A stretch of 64,000 bases of DNA from contig DAMH01000011.1 of NCBI GenBank assembly GCA_002499585.1, positions 15,195 through 79,194 of the forward strand, in the 5' to 3' direction. Of this stretch, positions 49,556 through 59,271 are shown piece after piece. Source of the DNA: Euryarchaeota archaeon UBA552. GTDB taxonomy: Archaea; Thermoplasmatota; Poseidoniia; Poseidoniales; Thalassarchaeaceae. Positions within the stretch are counted from its first letter, which is position 1; each line of letters opens with the position of its first letter. The notes below the pieces were generated by a model that saw only the letters and a list, made by a program, of their open reading frames with translations, was not told where the DNA came from and ran no database searches. Both the position numbers and the translations under genes were made by a program.

Positions 49556-50758
49556 ATGGACGGGATCCCTGTGTCTAACCGGGCCGCCTCGATCGAGTAC
49601 GCCATCCGAGATGTCGTAGTACCTGCAAACGAGCTAGAAAAGAAGGGGTTTGAACTAATTAAGCTGAATATCGGCGATCCCCTTTCCTACCCCGGTTTAC
49701 CGACACCTGAACACATGGTAGAGGCTTTCAAACAAGCCCTAGAAAGGCAAGACAACGGCTACGGCCCGTCCTACGGGATCGAACCTCTGAGGGCGGAGAT
49801 TGCAAAGGATGAGTTTTCCAAAGGCTGGAATTGTTCATCTGAAGATGTCTATGTAACACACGGGGTCACAGAAGCTTTGCAAATATTGTTCGCTGCGTTT
49901 TTGCAGGACGGCGACACGGTCCTAGCACCTGGTCCTCATTACCCGCCGTACATGGCTTATCCACAGATGTACGGTGCTACAACCGTCGAATATGCCCTAA
50001 ATCCAGACGATGGATGGTCAATTGAAGTCGAGGACATACGCCGTAAGATGAATGAGAGTGTACGGTTCATCGTGTTGATTAACCCAAACAACCCCACTGG
50101 CAATGTGGCAACAGAGTCCGAAATTAAAGAAGTGCTTGAAATAGCTAAGAAATGGCCTAATTGCACCATCATTGCAGATGAGATATACGATGGCCTGGAC
50201 TTTTCAGGAGGTCAAAAATCCATAGCTTCCCTGTCATCAGATGTTCCAGTCGTGACACTAAACGGAGTCTCGAAGGTACACTTCGCCCCTGGCTGGAGAA
50301 TAGGGTACATGGCATTTCATGACCCCAATGGCAAGATGCATGCTCCAAGAGATGGCGTAGAGAGACTGCTGAGGAGCAGACTTTGCGCCTCAACACCGGC
50401 CCAGCACGGGTATCTCGCAGCACTCCAACAGGATAGAACATGGCTCAGTGAAAGAGTCGCCAAAATCAAGCGAAGGGTAGACCTGTGCTTGAACAGGATA
50501 CATGAAATCGATGGACTGTCATGCAACTCCCCTGGTGGTGCATTTTACCTATTTCCGAAGATAGAGAATGCGGGCAAATTCAAATCGGACAAAAATTTTG
50601 TTCTAGACTTACTCCACAAGGAACACGTCTTGGTCGTCCATGGATCGGGATTCTCCCCATTACATGGATCCGGACACTTTCGCATGGTAGCTCTTGCACC
50701 GGAGGAGATATTGAACGAGGCCTTTGATAGAATTGAGAGATTCATGAGGTCTGTTTGA
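49556..50758 (+). CDS. PLP-dependent class I/II aminotransferase (AlaA-like)
   Basis: EYAIRD, KLNIGDP, INPNNPTG, DEIYD, SK..PGWRIGY, VHGSGF, HFR. Confidence 0.9.
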   Translation: MDGIPVSNRAASIEYAIRDVVVPANELEKKGFELIKLNIGDPLSYPGLPTPEHMVEAFKQALERQDNGYGPSYGIEPLRAEIAKDEFSKGWNCSSEDVYVTHGVTEALQILFAAFLQDGDTVLAPGPHYPPYMAYPQMYGATTVEYALNPDDGWSIEVEDIRRKMNESVRFIVLINPNNPTGNVATESEIKEVLEIAKKWPNCTIIADEIYDGLDFSGGQKSIASLSSDVPVVTLNGVSKVHFAPGWRIGYMAFHDPNGKMHAPRDGVERLLRSRLCASTPAQHGYLAALQQDRTWLSERVAKIKRRVDLCLNRIHEIDGLSCNSPGGAFYLFPKIENAGKFKSDKNFVLDLLHKEHVLVVHGSGFSPLHGSGHFRMVALAPEEILNEAFDRIERFMRSV

Positions 50759-51774
50759 TGGGCCTCAGGCATAGAATTAGATCTCTAACATCATCCAAGG
50801 TGAAGAATCGTCTGTTCTACGGCGATAAGGGATCGATACATGACAAACGTCGCGATTATGCGCCTGTTGGGTTAGTGAAGTCTGATTTTTTATCCTCCTT
50901 TGTGGATAACATGGCCGCCAGAGTCGGCCCCGATGCGTTGAGAACCCTCAGATATGCCTCCAGTGATGAGTGGGCGGCCACCCTCGAGTCCACGGGCTTT
51001 AGCTGGTCGGGCCCCGATCCAAATAAATGGAGAGGTTTTCGTGAGTTTTGGAGGGACGAAGGACATCAAAGCGCTGTGCTCATCACGGAGGCCGAGGGGA
51101 AGAAATACATCATTGAATCATCCGCACCAATCCCGATAGCAGCTGGCAATATGCGTGCTGCACTGGAGTACTCCACCCGAGTAGGACTCCGGGTCGGGCT
51201 GGAGACAATTAGTGAGAGTTCAGCAATCATGTCGGTACAATACTCGAGAAAACGAGCGAAAGATCGTCCAATTTCAACTGATAAACCAGTCAAGAAGGAA
51301 CTAGGAAACCTAACTGCAATTAATTCCGATGAGATTACTCTCCAGCGGGAAGGAGGGATATACTGGTTAGATTCGAGATGCTCGATCTTACCCTTCAGAC
51401 TCATGGATCTATGGAGGATGGAGGCTGGGTTTATCCAAAATATCGAATTTAATGGTAATGAGGAATCATGGGAAGAGTCCGTTTGCAAATCAATAAGTCA
51501 GTGTTTCATAGAATCTGGTGACTTGATAATGGTCGAAAATGATGCGTCATGGTTTGAGATCTCAAAGCGTAGGATATCGAGGATGGGATTCGGAATTTTA
51601 CAAAGTGCAAAAATGTGTGATGGGGTACTCACACTAATTCTTCAGGGTTCTGCCCAGCCGTATGTAGTCGCAGGTTTTTACATGGGATATGTATACAGAG
51701 CCTACGGAAAAAAAATACTTCCGAAATGGGGTCCGGAATCCGATGGTTTTCACTTAAAATTCAATCTGAATTGA
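50755..51774 (+). CDS. Hypothetical protein
   Basis: 339-aa ORF coupled to the aminotransferase stop; no confident family. Confidence 0.65.
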   Translation: MMGLRHRIRSLTSSKVKNRLFYGDKGSIHDKRRDYAPVGLVKSDFLSSFVDNMAARVGPDALRTLRYASSDEWAATLESTGFSWSGPDPNKWRGFREFWRDEGHQSAVLITEAEGKKYIIESSAPIPIAAGNMRAALEYSTRVGLRVGLETISESSAIMSVQYSRKRAKDRPISTDKPVKKELGNLTAINSDEITLQREGGIYWLDSRCSILPFRLMDLWRMEAGFIQNIEFNGNEESWEESVCKSISQCFIESGDLIMVENDASWFEISKRRISRMGFGILQSAKMCDGVLTLILQGSAQPYVVAGFYMGYVYRAYGKKILPKWGPESDGFHLKFNLN

Positions 51775-51858
51775 TCGGGCCTCGTTGCCCCCCTACGCCC
51801 AACGGTTATATCCGGGGGACAGCGGAACAGGAGCAGCCTTGTCGCGGGGAGGGCCACT

Positions 51859-54800
51859 ATGCAGCTAAATCACAACCAGTATGCCATCGGCGCAATAGTC
51901 GCAACTTTGTGCTTGGCCGGACTCTACACTGTAGTTGACGCAATGCTGAGCACCAGTCAAACGGTAGGTTACTATGAGCCTGCAGCGGACGACATCTTCC
52001 TAGATGAAGACGAAGAGCAAATCACTGGCGAAGACTCCGACGGTGACGGAATCCCCAACAGGATGGAAGAAACACTGTACGGCACGAGTAAACTGTCACC
52101 TGACACCGATGGCGACGGGCTCGGTGACGGCTGGGAGATCGAGAATGGATTGGACCCACTCGACAGTGGAGAGGCGAGAATAACAGAACTGACATTCGAA
52201 AATCCAGATGCAGATTCTGAGGCGGGCGATCAAAACGAGACTTTCCCAGACCCGGACAATGGTCCTAACGGTGACCCCGACAGGGATGGCCTCACAAACA
52301 TCGAGGAGGCTGAAATCGGAACCAACCCTAGTGTTAGAGACTCTGATGGTGACGGACTGAACGACCTTTGGGAGTCTCTGTACTCGATCGAAATAACCGT
52401 ATCCGGATCTGAATCGTTTACCTTATTGGACCCCCTAAATCCAAACTGGGACTGCCCACTGCTAACTGCAACGAAGAAAGCAGAATTGGAACAAGCAATC
52501 GGCAGCAGTATATGGAAGGAGCTCGCCACGGGCCCCTTTGGTGAACATTCATGCGATGCCGTCCTCGACCTTGAGCCATCAGGCGGAGATACCCTTCACA
52601 ACTATCTCGAAGAACAATATTCCACCAACCCCCTCTCCGATGACAGCGATGAGGACCTGATACCCGACAGGGTCGAGGTTGCATTCGGCATTCAATACCT
52701 GGATGTGAGCTGTGGCCGATTCACTTTTTCGGTTGTAACAAAAGATGCACCCTACACTTCTATGATGACCGACGCCAACGACCAATCTTGGTTCTCTGAG
52801 GACATGGATGGCGATGGCAAGTTCAATGGGCCGGGAGATTGGGACACCGATGGTGACGGAATGCCCGACGGTTTCGAATATTGCTATGACGACACACTCG
52901 ATCCACTAAGTCCCACAGACGCCTATGGGGACCCTGATCAAGACGGCCTCAACAACCTACAGGAATACGAAGTTGCTTACACTTGGGGCCCAATCAACTT
53001 CACCAGCCCCTCGTCAAGCGACACTGATGGTGACAACATGCCTGATGGCTGGGAGCACCTGAATGGAATCAACCCCCGGGATGGAATGAACGGAATTGAA
53101 GACCCAGACATGGACGGTTTCGATTCCGATGGTGACGGTTCCGTATTCTATCGCGATCTGGTTGGCGTTTCAACAGTACAATCAATCTCTGTAGAAATTG
53201 GCGATTTCGTACAGAAAAACCAGACATTAATTTGGATCAGGACTGTTCAAGATCTGGCCTACATAAACATCCCGTTGAAAGCCCATCAAGATGGTTTCAT
53301 TTACGATATTAGCATAGAAGTCGGAGAAGAAGTCGAACGGAGAAGCCAATCTCTGATGACCATAGTCGAAGGCCATGAAAGACTGACAAACCTCGACGAA
53401 TATGAGGCCAGAGACCTCAACAAAGACGGAATCGTCGACGGCAGATCAACGAATCCCATGAATCCAGATACGGATGGCGACGGACTAATTGACGGTATCG
53501 AAGTGATCGGGTGGACAATAAGGATCGTGGATGGCACGGCTCGAGATATCAAAGTCAGGAGTGATCCAGGAGTTTTCGACTCAGATGCCGACGGCCTTTC
53601 GGACTCCGTTGAATATTACACCACATACACAAATGCCACAGACAGGGACACCGATAGCGACGGAATTGAAGACTTCACAGAGGCTATGGACGGTTTCCAG
53701 TGGAACGGCTCGGTCTATTTCACAAATGCATCCAGATTGGATAGTGACAATGATGGATTGGACGACAGAGAAGAAGTAATCGCCGGACAGGATCAATATG
53801 TCACAAATGCATCAGACATCGATAGCGATGATGATGATCTGAAAGATGGCTTCGAAGTTTTGAATATACCCCGGCCATGGCAAACTGCTACCAACCCCCT
53901 AGATCCAGATACAGACGGAGATTTACAGCCTGATGGCTGGGAGATGCAAATCACCTCGGTGGAGGATGACACCGTCAGTCACAGTCTCTGGATAGCCCCC
54001 GATAACTGGCTCCCGCCTGGGTGCCTATCCTTGATCGAGTGCGGAAGAGGCCCAGGCGGGTGGATATGGGACAACTATCTTCAGGGCTTCTCATCTTCCG
54101 GAGACCCCGACGGGGATGGTAAACTAAACCCCACATATTCATTCTCAGAACTGAATCTCACTGGATTCACGATACCAGACAACGGTAGATGGGCATTAGA
54201 TCCAAGTTTCGGCAGTCTCCCAGATTCATCGTTTGATGCAGACAACGATTCCCTGCCAAATTTGATGGAAATTCCCTCCAGATGGGATACAAACCCAGTC
54301 AAGGTAGACACCGACGGGGACCTCCTGCCAGATGGCTGGGAAGTGACATACAATGAATTCGCTGTTACTTACGGGAACATCACTCTTTCTGTGACTGAAA
54401 GAGGCCCCCTCGATCCAAAAATGATAGATTCTGACGGAGATGGAATAAACGACGGATCCGAAGACCTTGACTCAGATGGTCTGAATGTCATGCACTTGAT
54501 GAACAAATACTGCCCAGGGTGGAACGATCCTCAGAATTCCGCGTGCCACATAGACCCTTCAACACCAAGCGGATCAATATTTTATAATGATCTTGGAAAC
54601 TACACAAACTACGAAGAGTACCAGAATGGGACCCACCCAATTCTGAATGACACAGATGGAGATTTGTGGCTCGACGGAAGCGAGGTTTACCATCAAGATC
54701 AGGATGACGACTCGATGTGGAGTGGCTGGGAGTACTACTTTGGTTTGGATCCGTTCGATCCATCTGATGCTACTATAGACTCAGACGCGGATGGATACAG

Positions 54801-54888
54801 CAACAAATGTGAGAACAAATACAACACGAATCCATTGAACCCACTTTCATTCCCAGGGCAGGGAGAACTATGCAATCAGTTCGACTAA
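51859..54888 (+). CDS. N-anchored DxDxDG (TSP3-like) Ca-binding repeat protein with biotinyl/lipoyl-like insert
   Basis: N-terminal TM; many D[TS]DGDG/DGWE/GDPD.DGL repeats; insert near 53161-53370. Confidence 0.85.
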   Translation: MQLNHNQYAIGAIVATLCLAGLYTVVDAMLSTSQTVGYYEPAADDIFLDEDEEQITGEDSDGDGIPNRMEETLYGTSKLSPDTDGDGLGDGWEIENGLDPLDSGEARITELTFENPDADSEAGDQNETFPDPDNGPNGDPDRDGLTNIEEAEIGTNPSVRDSDGDGLNDLWESLYSIEITVSGSESFTLLDPLNPNWDCPLLTATKKAELEQAIGSSIWKELATGPFGEHSCDAVLDLEPSGGDTLHNYLEEQYSTNPLSDDSDEDLIPDRVEVAFGIQYLDVSCGRFTFSVVTKDAPYTSMMTDANDQSWFSEDMDGDGKFNGPGDWDTDGDGMPDGFEYCYDDTLDPLSPTDAYGDPDQDGLNNLQEYEVAYTWGPINFTSPSSSDTDGDNMPDGWEHLNGINPRDGMNGIEDPDMDGFDSDGDGSVFYRDLVGVSTVQSISVEIGDFVQKNQTLIWIRTVQDLAYINIPLKAHQDGFIYDISIEVGEEVERRSQSLMTIVEGHERLTNLDEYEARDLNKDGIVDGRSTNPMNPDTDGDGLIDGIEVIGWTIRIVDGTARDIKVRSDPGVFDSDADGLSDSVEYYTTYTNATDRDTDSDGIEDFTEAMDGFQWNGSVYFTNASRLDSDNDGLDDREEVIAGQDQYVTNASDIDSDDDDLKDGFEVLNIPRPWQTATNPLDPDTDGDLQPDGWEMQITSVEDDTVSHSLWIAPDNWLPPGCLSLIECGRGPGGWIWDNYLQGFSSSGDPDGDGKLNPTYSFSELNLTGFTIPDNGRWALDPSFGSLPDSSFDADNDSLPNLMEIPSRWDTNPVKVDTDGDLLPDGWEVTYNEFAVTYGNITLSVTERGPLDPKMIDSDGDGINDGSEDLDSDGLNVMHLMNKYCPGWNDPQNSACHIDPSTPSGSIFYNDLGNYTNYEEYQNGTHPILNDTDGDLWLDGSEVYHQDQDDDSMWSGWEYYFGLDPFDPSDATIDSDADGYSNKCENKYNTNPLNPLSFPGQGELCNQFD

Positions 54889-54922
54889 GTTCATGTGACA
54901 ACAAACCAGGTTTGACAGTGCA

Positions 54923-55369
54923 ATGACGTTTCCAACTTGGTCAATATTGCCGACGACTGCCGATATTGGTTTCATCGCCGAGGCGCCCTCACTGTCAGAA
55001 TTGTTCAGCGTCTCTGCAGCTGCTTTACAATCAATTAGACTCGGTCTTAGGCCCTCCGAAGAATTCCCAGCAAAAAAAGGAGCGAATTTTACCATCTCAA
55101 TAAAGAGGTCCGACAGGGTGGACAGAGATCTTGTTTCATGGCTCGAAGAGATCAACTGGACTGCTGAAGACAAGGCTTCAGTGGTCCATGTCGAAAGATT
55201 AGATTTTTCCGGGAATAACCTGGTCGCCAAATGTCTGATACAGCCTGCAGAGGCCGAACCGGCGATAGAAATTAAGGCTGTAACACATCATGAACTGAAA
55301 GTTTCCCAGTTGAAATCACCATCAGGGGATGTCGAAGGATTCAGGGCAAGAGTCATTCTAGACGTCTAG
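54923..55369 (+). CDS. Archease
   Basis: TTADIG, LVSWLEE, EIKAVTHH, C-terminal ILDV. Confidence 0.88.
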   Translation: MTFPTWSILPTTADIGFIAEAPSLSELFSVSAAALQSIRLGLRPSEEFPAKKGANFTISIKRSDRVDRDLVSWLEEINWTAEDKASVVHVERLDFSGNNLVAKCLIQPAEAEPAIEIKAVTHHELKVSQLKSPSGDVEGFRARVILDV

Positions 55370-55370
55370 G

Positions 55371-56423
55371 TTAACCGTCGATCTCAAATCCCCTGTAAAC
55401 CTCATTCGTCGTTTGGGTGACTCTGATAAATGTCGTGCATTTTGGTAGATCCTTGATCCTCCGGGCCCCAACATACGAGCAACTAGACCTCAGCCCCCCC
55501 AGTATAGCCTGCACTGTGATCGACAGAGGCCCCCTGTAGGGAACCCGAACCGCTTTCCCTTCTGGAGCCCTGTGCTGGGCTATCTCTCCATAATGTCTCT
55601 CCATCGCTGTCGAGGAAGACATTCCGTGGAAGGACTTGTAGAGGCGTCCGTCTTCACCACTCTCTATCTCTCCCCCCGACTCGTCATGACCGGCAAACAT
55701 TCCTCCGAGCATCACGAAGTCGGCCCCTGCAGCAAATGCCTTTGCCAAGTCCCCGGGCGAGTTACAGCCCCCATCCGCCATCACATGACCACCGAGCCCG
55801 TGAGCTGCGTCTGCACATTCGGCGATCGCAGATAGTTGTGGATATCCGACGCCTGCAACTTTCCGAGTAGTGCAGACAGAACCTGGCCCTATGCCAACTT
55901 TGACGATATCTGCGCCTGCTAATATCAGTGCCTCAGTCATTTCATTTGTGGCAACGTTCCCTGCAATTATTATCTTGTCAGGGTATTGTGACCGAACCAC
56001 TTTTACAAATTCTAAGAAGACCTCTCGATACCCATTCGCGACGTCAATACAAATCATAGACAACTTCTCGTTCGTTGCCATCTTCCTCTTCAGCAACTGT
56101 AGTGACTCGTCTGTAGATCCACAGGTAACCGCAACAAACTCAGGGTCCACACCACTGGCCCACGCGCTCTCTAGATCCTTGACTGAGTAAAACTTCTGCA
56201 GACACGTAAGCATATTGTGCCCCTGAAGAGCCATTGCAACGTCAAAAACACCTGTCGTATCCATGTTGGCTGCTGCAATGGGAACTCCGGACCATTTTTT
56301 CGATGTGTGCCTGAATGAGAACTCGCGCGCCAATGAGACGTCTGATCTTGAAACCAGCGTGCTCCTCTTGGGGCGTATCATTACATCATCAAACGCTAAC
56401 TTAATTTCCCCTTCTACTCTCAT
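55371..56423 (-). CDS. guaC: GMP reductase (GuaC type 1)
   Basis: [56 protein letters not shown]; ATG 56423. Confidence 0.95.
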   Translation of the reverse strand: MRVEGEIKLAFDDVMIRPKRSTLVSRSDVSLAREFSFRHTSKKWSGVPIAAANMDTTGVFDVAMALQGHNMLTCLQKFYSVKDLESAWASGVDPEFVAVTCGSTDESLQLLKRKMATNEKLSMICIDVANGYREVFLEFVKVVRSQYPDKIIIAGNVATNEMTEALILAGADIVKVGIGPGSVCTTRKVAGVGYPQLSAIAECADAAHGLGGHVMADGGCNSPGDLAKAFAAGADFVMLGGMFAGHDESGGEIESGEDGRLYKSFHGMSSSTAMERHYGEIAQHRAPEGKAVRVPYRGPLSITVQAILGGLRSSCSYVGARRIKDLPKCTTFIRVTQTTNEVYRGFEIDG

Positions 56424-56482
56424 CCGAACCTTACTAATCCAACGAAGGTGTGTTTTTGAGTCTGTTGATGAAGAATTAAAAT

Positions 56483-56935
56483 TTACTCTGACGACCTGTC
56501 GTAAGGCTCTATATTCTGCCATTCAGATGCATCCGATCGTGCCACTATTGCATGGACCCAGTCGGTGTCAGAACAGTTGAATACCTCATGAGGCAAACCA
56601 GGCTCTATGTAGAACATATCTCCCTCACTATGGACGACGGATTCCCTGCAACCTGGACCATATTCATGCCTGACGCTGCCTTTTAGAAGGTAAATCATTA
56701 CGTCAAAATCCACATGTATGTGCGCGTTCGCAATTCCGCCAGGTGGGATGTATGCCCTATTCATCGAAAGTCCAGTCGAGGGGGTGTTTTTTCCAGATAG
56801 ACCTGCACCGTACTCGATATTATTCCAGCCCCTGACTTTTTCAAGATCCCTCAGGCTCCATATCCCGCCCTCATCTGTGACATACTTTGACAGGTCAACT
56901 TGTTCACCCGACAGCTCCATTTCCTCTTCGGACAT
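56483..56935 (-). CDS. Cupin-domain protein
   Basis: IPPGG.ANAHIH, GDMFYIEPGLPH; ATG 56935 with GGAGGT upstream. Confidence 0.85.
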   Translation of the reverse strand: MSEEEMELSGEQVDLSKYVTDEGGIWSLRDLEKVRGWNNIEYGAGLSGKNTPSTGLSMNRAYIPPGGIANAHIHVDFDVMIYLLKGSVRHEYGPGCRESVVHSEGDMFYIEPGLPHEVFNCSDTDWVHAIVARSDASEWQNIEPYDRSSE

Positions 56936-57039
56936 GATACCTCCATTATGTTCTCGCCAATATGGTTGTCGATTAATGCGTGTTGAGCGGTCAAGCATAA
57001 AAAGGAGGGGTAACTCGCAAGGCCGTCAGGTGAACGCGC

Positions 57040-57207
57040 ATGAGGAAAAGGGCATCAATATGCAGCTCGTCGGGGATACCCCTAGTGGAACCCAAATCCA
57101 CTTCTTTCCCGTGTCCGATGTGTGGAGAACCGATAGGAAGAAGCGAGCGCTGCCGAGATCAGGGGGTACAGTACAGGTGCTCGAGTTGCTCTTTTGAGGG
57201 CCCCTGA
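57040..57207 (+). CDS. HVO_2753-family (DUF1610) Zn-finger microprotein (not in ORF track, 55 aa)
   Basis: Translated by hand: MRKRASICSSSGIPLVEPKSTSFPCPMCGEPIGRSERCRDQGVQYRCSSCSFEGP; typical position before aEF-1beta. Confidence 0.88.
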   Translation: MRKRASICSSSGIPLVEPKSTSFPCPMCGEPIGRSERCRDQGVQYRCSSCSFEGP

Positions 57208-57226
57208 CAATATCGGAGGACTATCG

Positions 57227-57493
57227 ATGGGTCAAGTTGTTGTAAAGTACAAAATCACACTGGATCAACCGGAGGATGAAAAACCAGATTATGATGGAAT
57301 TGCAAAAAAAATTTCCAGCATGGAAGAGGTCCAAGCTATATCCATAAAACCGCTGGCCTTCGGAATGATGTTTATAGAAATAGATGTCGTATTGGGAGAA
57401 GGAGAAGGAATTGTGGATGGTTTCGAGGACAAAGTAAGGGGTGCCGATCCATTGATATCCCAAATCGAGGCCCTAGAAATGGGCAGGCTGTAA
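57227..57493 (+). CDS. ef1b: Elongation factor 1-beta
   Basis: MGQVVVKYKI, KPLAFGM, C-terminal MGRL; GGAGG upstream of ATG 57227. Confidence 0.9.
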   Translation: MGQVVVKYKITLDQPEDEKPDYDGIAKKISSMEEVQAISIKPLAFGMMFIEIDVVLGEGEGIVDGFEDKVRGADPLISQIEALEMGRL

Positions 57494-57494
57494 A

Positions 57495-58892
57495 TTAGTA
57501 GTGATCCAATGGGGATCTCATGAACTCGCGCATCAGCACAGTAGCATAGCTTCCGGGCGGTAGCACAAATCTGATTCTGAGACTTGCACCCTCTGGGTGC
57601 CACCTTTCACCTTTCCTCGGGCCCTCTGCCCACCGTTCCGAGAGGTCTGAAGGGGCGGGAGGAGCCTCTTCGACAGAGAAATCGGAGAATGGAACTGCCA
57701 AGGCTCTTCTAGTGCCCGTTGTGGACAGTCTTGGTATCTCTGGCACTAACCAGTCGATATTTTGCAGTTCAGAAGTCCTCATGCCTTCCTGTTCGAAATC
57801 CCCTGGAGAACCACCCGCAAACAAGGAACCAGTGCCAGGAAGCGGCCCTGTGACCGCAATACGTCCCTTCAATGCGTTAGCGATACAACGCTCCAGATTC
57901 CATTTGCCCACTATTGTCGACTTACCCGAATCTAGCCGACCGTTTTCTGATATCGGTGCAACTATGTCTCCTATGATTGGACGTGTAATCTCCACCCCTC
58001 CACTCAACCTTGCACGCATGGAGTGATTAAACGCAAGAGATTGAAGTGAATGAATCATCAGTATCTGGAGTGACTGAGGAAGGGTCTTGAAGGCTCCAAT
58101 GTAATCTTGCTCCCGACTATCAAGCCTCTCGAGCATTTTCCTCTCGAAACCAAGGTGCCTCGGTATGATTTCGAGGCATGATCCTGGATCTCTGCTCTCT
58201 CTCCATAACTTTCTGAATTCCTCGACGTCCTCCCTTCTCCCATCACCGGGCATCCCTAGATATGTGGAAACGGCCCCCTCAAAGTCTGAATTTACAACGA
58301 ACCGGCCGACTTTCGGGGTCACCGGCCGGGTCGATCCAAACCTTTGGGGCCCAATCCAATTTGGGAATGCGTCGATACCGAGGAGTTTGCTCATTGAGGT
58401 TTTGATGGATAAAACACGTTGCATAGCCTCTTTGCTGTCCATTGGTTCGCCATCGATATGTGCACATCCCCGTACAGTGACTGTGAATCTATTGCCGTCA
58501 TGATCCCCCATCCCTATCTTCTGATGGGTCCGTCCGAGAATTTCAATTTCTGAGTCCGGGATACTTACTTGTTCTATCACTTTCGATTTGGCATCAACCA
58601 CCATAAGTTGAGTCGTGACTGCCCTCTTGTCTTTCATGCCAGATGAGAAAATCCTGTTTCTGGATATCTTACACGCTGAGGCCAACCGCCCCATGAAACG
58701 ATTAGTCTCCCAATCTCTCAGTGTCACTCTGATAGCTGTAAACCTACCTTTGGGGTCCATGGAGGGGGTGCGGGCCTGTTCTTTTACTCGGAAGTCATCG
58801 ACACGGGTCTTCAATATCCCTCCCGTCCCCCTGCCCTCTACGCAGAAATAATCCAGTCCAAGGTACTCTTCGACCTCACGACGGTCGATCAC
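57495..58892 (-). CDS. truD: tRNA pseudouridine(13) synthase TruD/Pus7
   Basis: DDFRVKE, GMKDKRAVTTQ, GNRF, FPNWIGPQRFG, GTRR, FVLPPGSYATVLMRE. Confidence 0.95.
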   Translation of the reverse strand: MIDRREVEEYLGLDYFCVEGRGTGGILKTRVDDFRVKEQARTPSMDPKGRFTAIRVTLRDWETNRFMGRLASACKISRNRIFSSGMKDKRAVTTQLMVVDAKSKVIEQVSIPDSEIEILGRTHQKIGMGDHDGNRFTVTVRGCAHIDGEPMDSKEAMQRVLSIKTSMSKLLGIDAFPNWIGPQRFGSTRPVTPKVGRFVVNSDFEGAVSTYLGMPGDGRREDVEEFRKLWRESRDPGSCLEIIPRHLGFERKMLERLDSREQDYIGAFKTLPQSLQILMIHSLQSLAFNHSMRARLSGGVEITRPIIGDIVAPISENGRLDSGKSTIVGKWNLERCIANALKGRIAVTGPLPGTGSLFAGGSPGDFEQEGMRTSELQNIDWLVPEIPRLSTTGTRRALAVPFSDFSVEEAPPAPSDLSERWAEGPRKGERWHPEGASLRIRFVLPPGSYATVLMREFMRSPLDHY

Positions 58893-58907
58893 AGAACCAC
58901 CGACTCA

Positions 58908-59165
58908 TCACAGACTGAGGTTAGAAAAATCCTCAATTATAGTCTCGCAAAGCTCAGAAATCACTTTAGACGCGTCCTTTCCCTTCTTGACTCTGAGGTA
59001 TAACTCGGGATCATCCAAGTCAGGATGTCCTGTGAAGAAGTTAGCGTATTCGACATCCGGATGGTCATTGAGCCTTGATCTAAAAAGTTGTAAGGTGGAA
59101 CTCCCCTCACCTTCAATTCTGAGTTTGAGTTCTTTACCGTCATTTGCTAGTAGTCTTACAGGCAT
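58908..59165 (-). CDS. rpoL: RNA polymerase subunit Rpo11 (L)
   Basis: LRIEGE..T, VEYANF..GHP..DDPELYLR; ATG 59165. Confidence 0.85.
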   Translation of the reverse strand: MPVRLLANDGKELKLRIEGEGSSTLQLFRSRLNDHPDVEYANFFTGHPDLDDPELYLRVKKGKDASKVISELCETIIEDFSNLSL

Positions 59166-59271
59166 GGCAGCGCGTCTGGCACATGGGTTTTGATACCTTC
59201 TCTTCACAACCAACCAAAATTACCCCACAACGGCAGCCGGGATTATACCTCAGATACGTGGACGGTGTGGT

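Noticed and set aside
50755-51774. V4R/TRAPP-like fold for the 339-aa protein
   Set aside because: Only a vague resemblance at the C-terminus (MGFG...AGF.MG); not supportable without a profile search.
56424-56522. Extended guaC start
   Set aside because: Overlaps the cupin 3' end; the family N-terminus starts at 56423.
56718-57197. 159-aa plus-strand ORF
   Set aside because: Antisense to the cupin and out of frame with the real Zn-finger gene.
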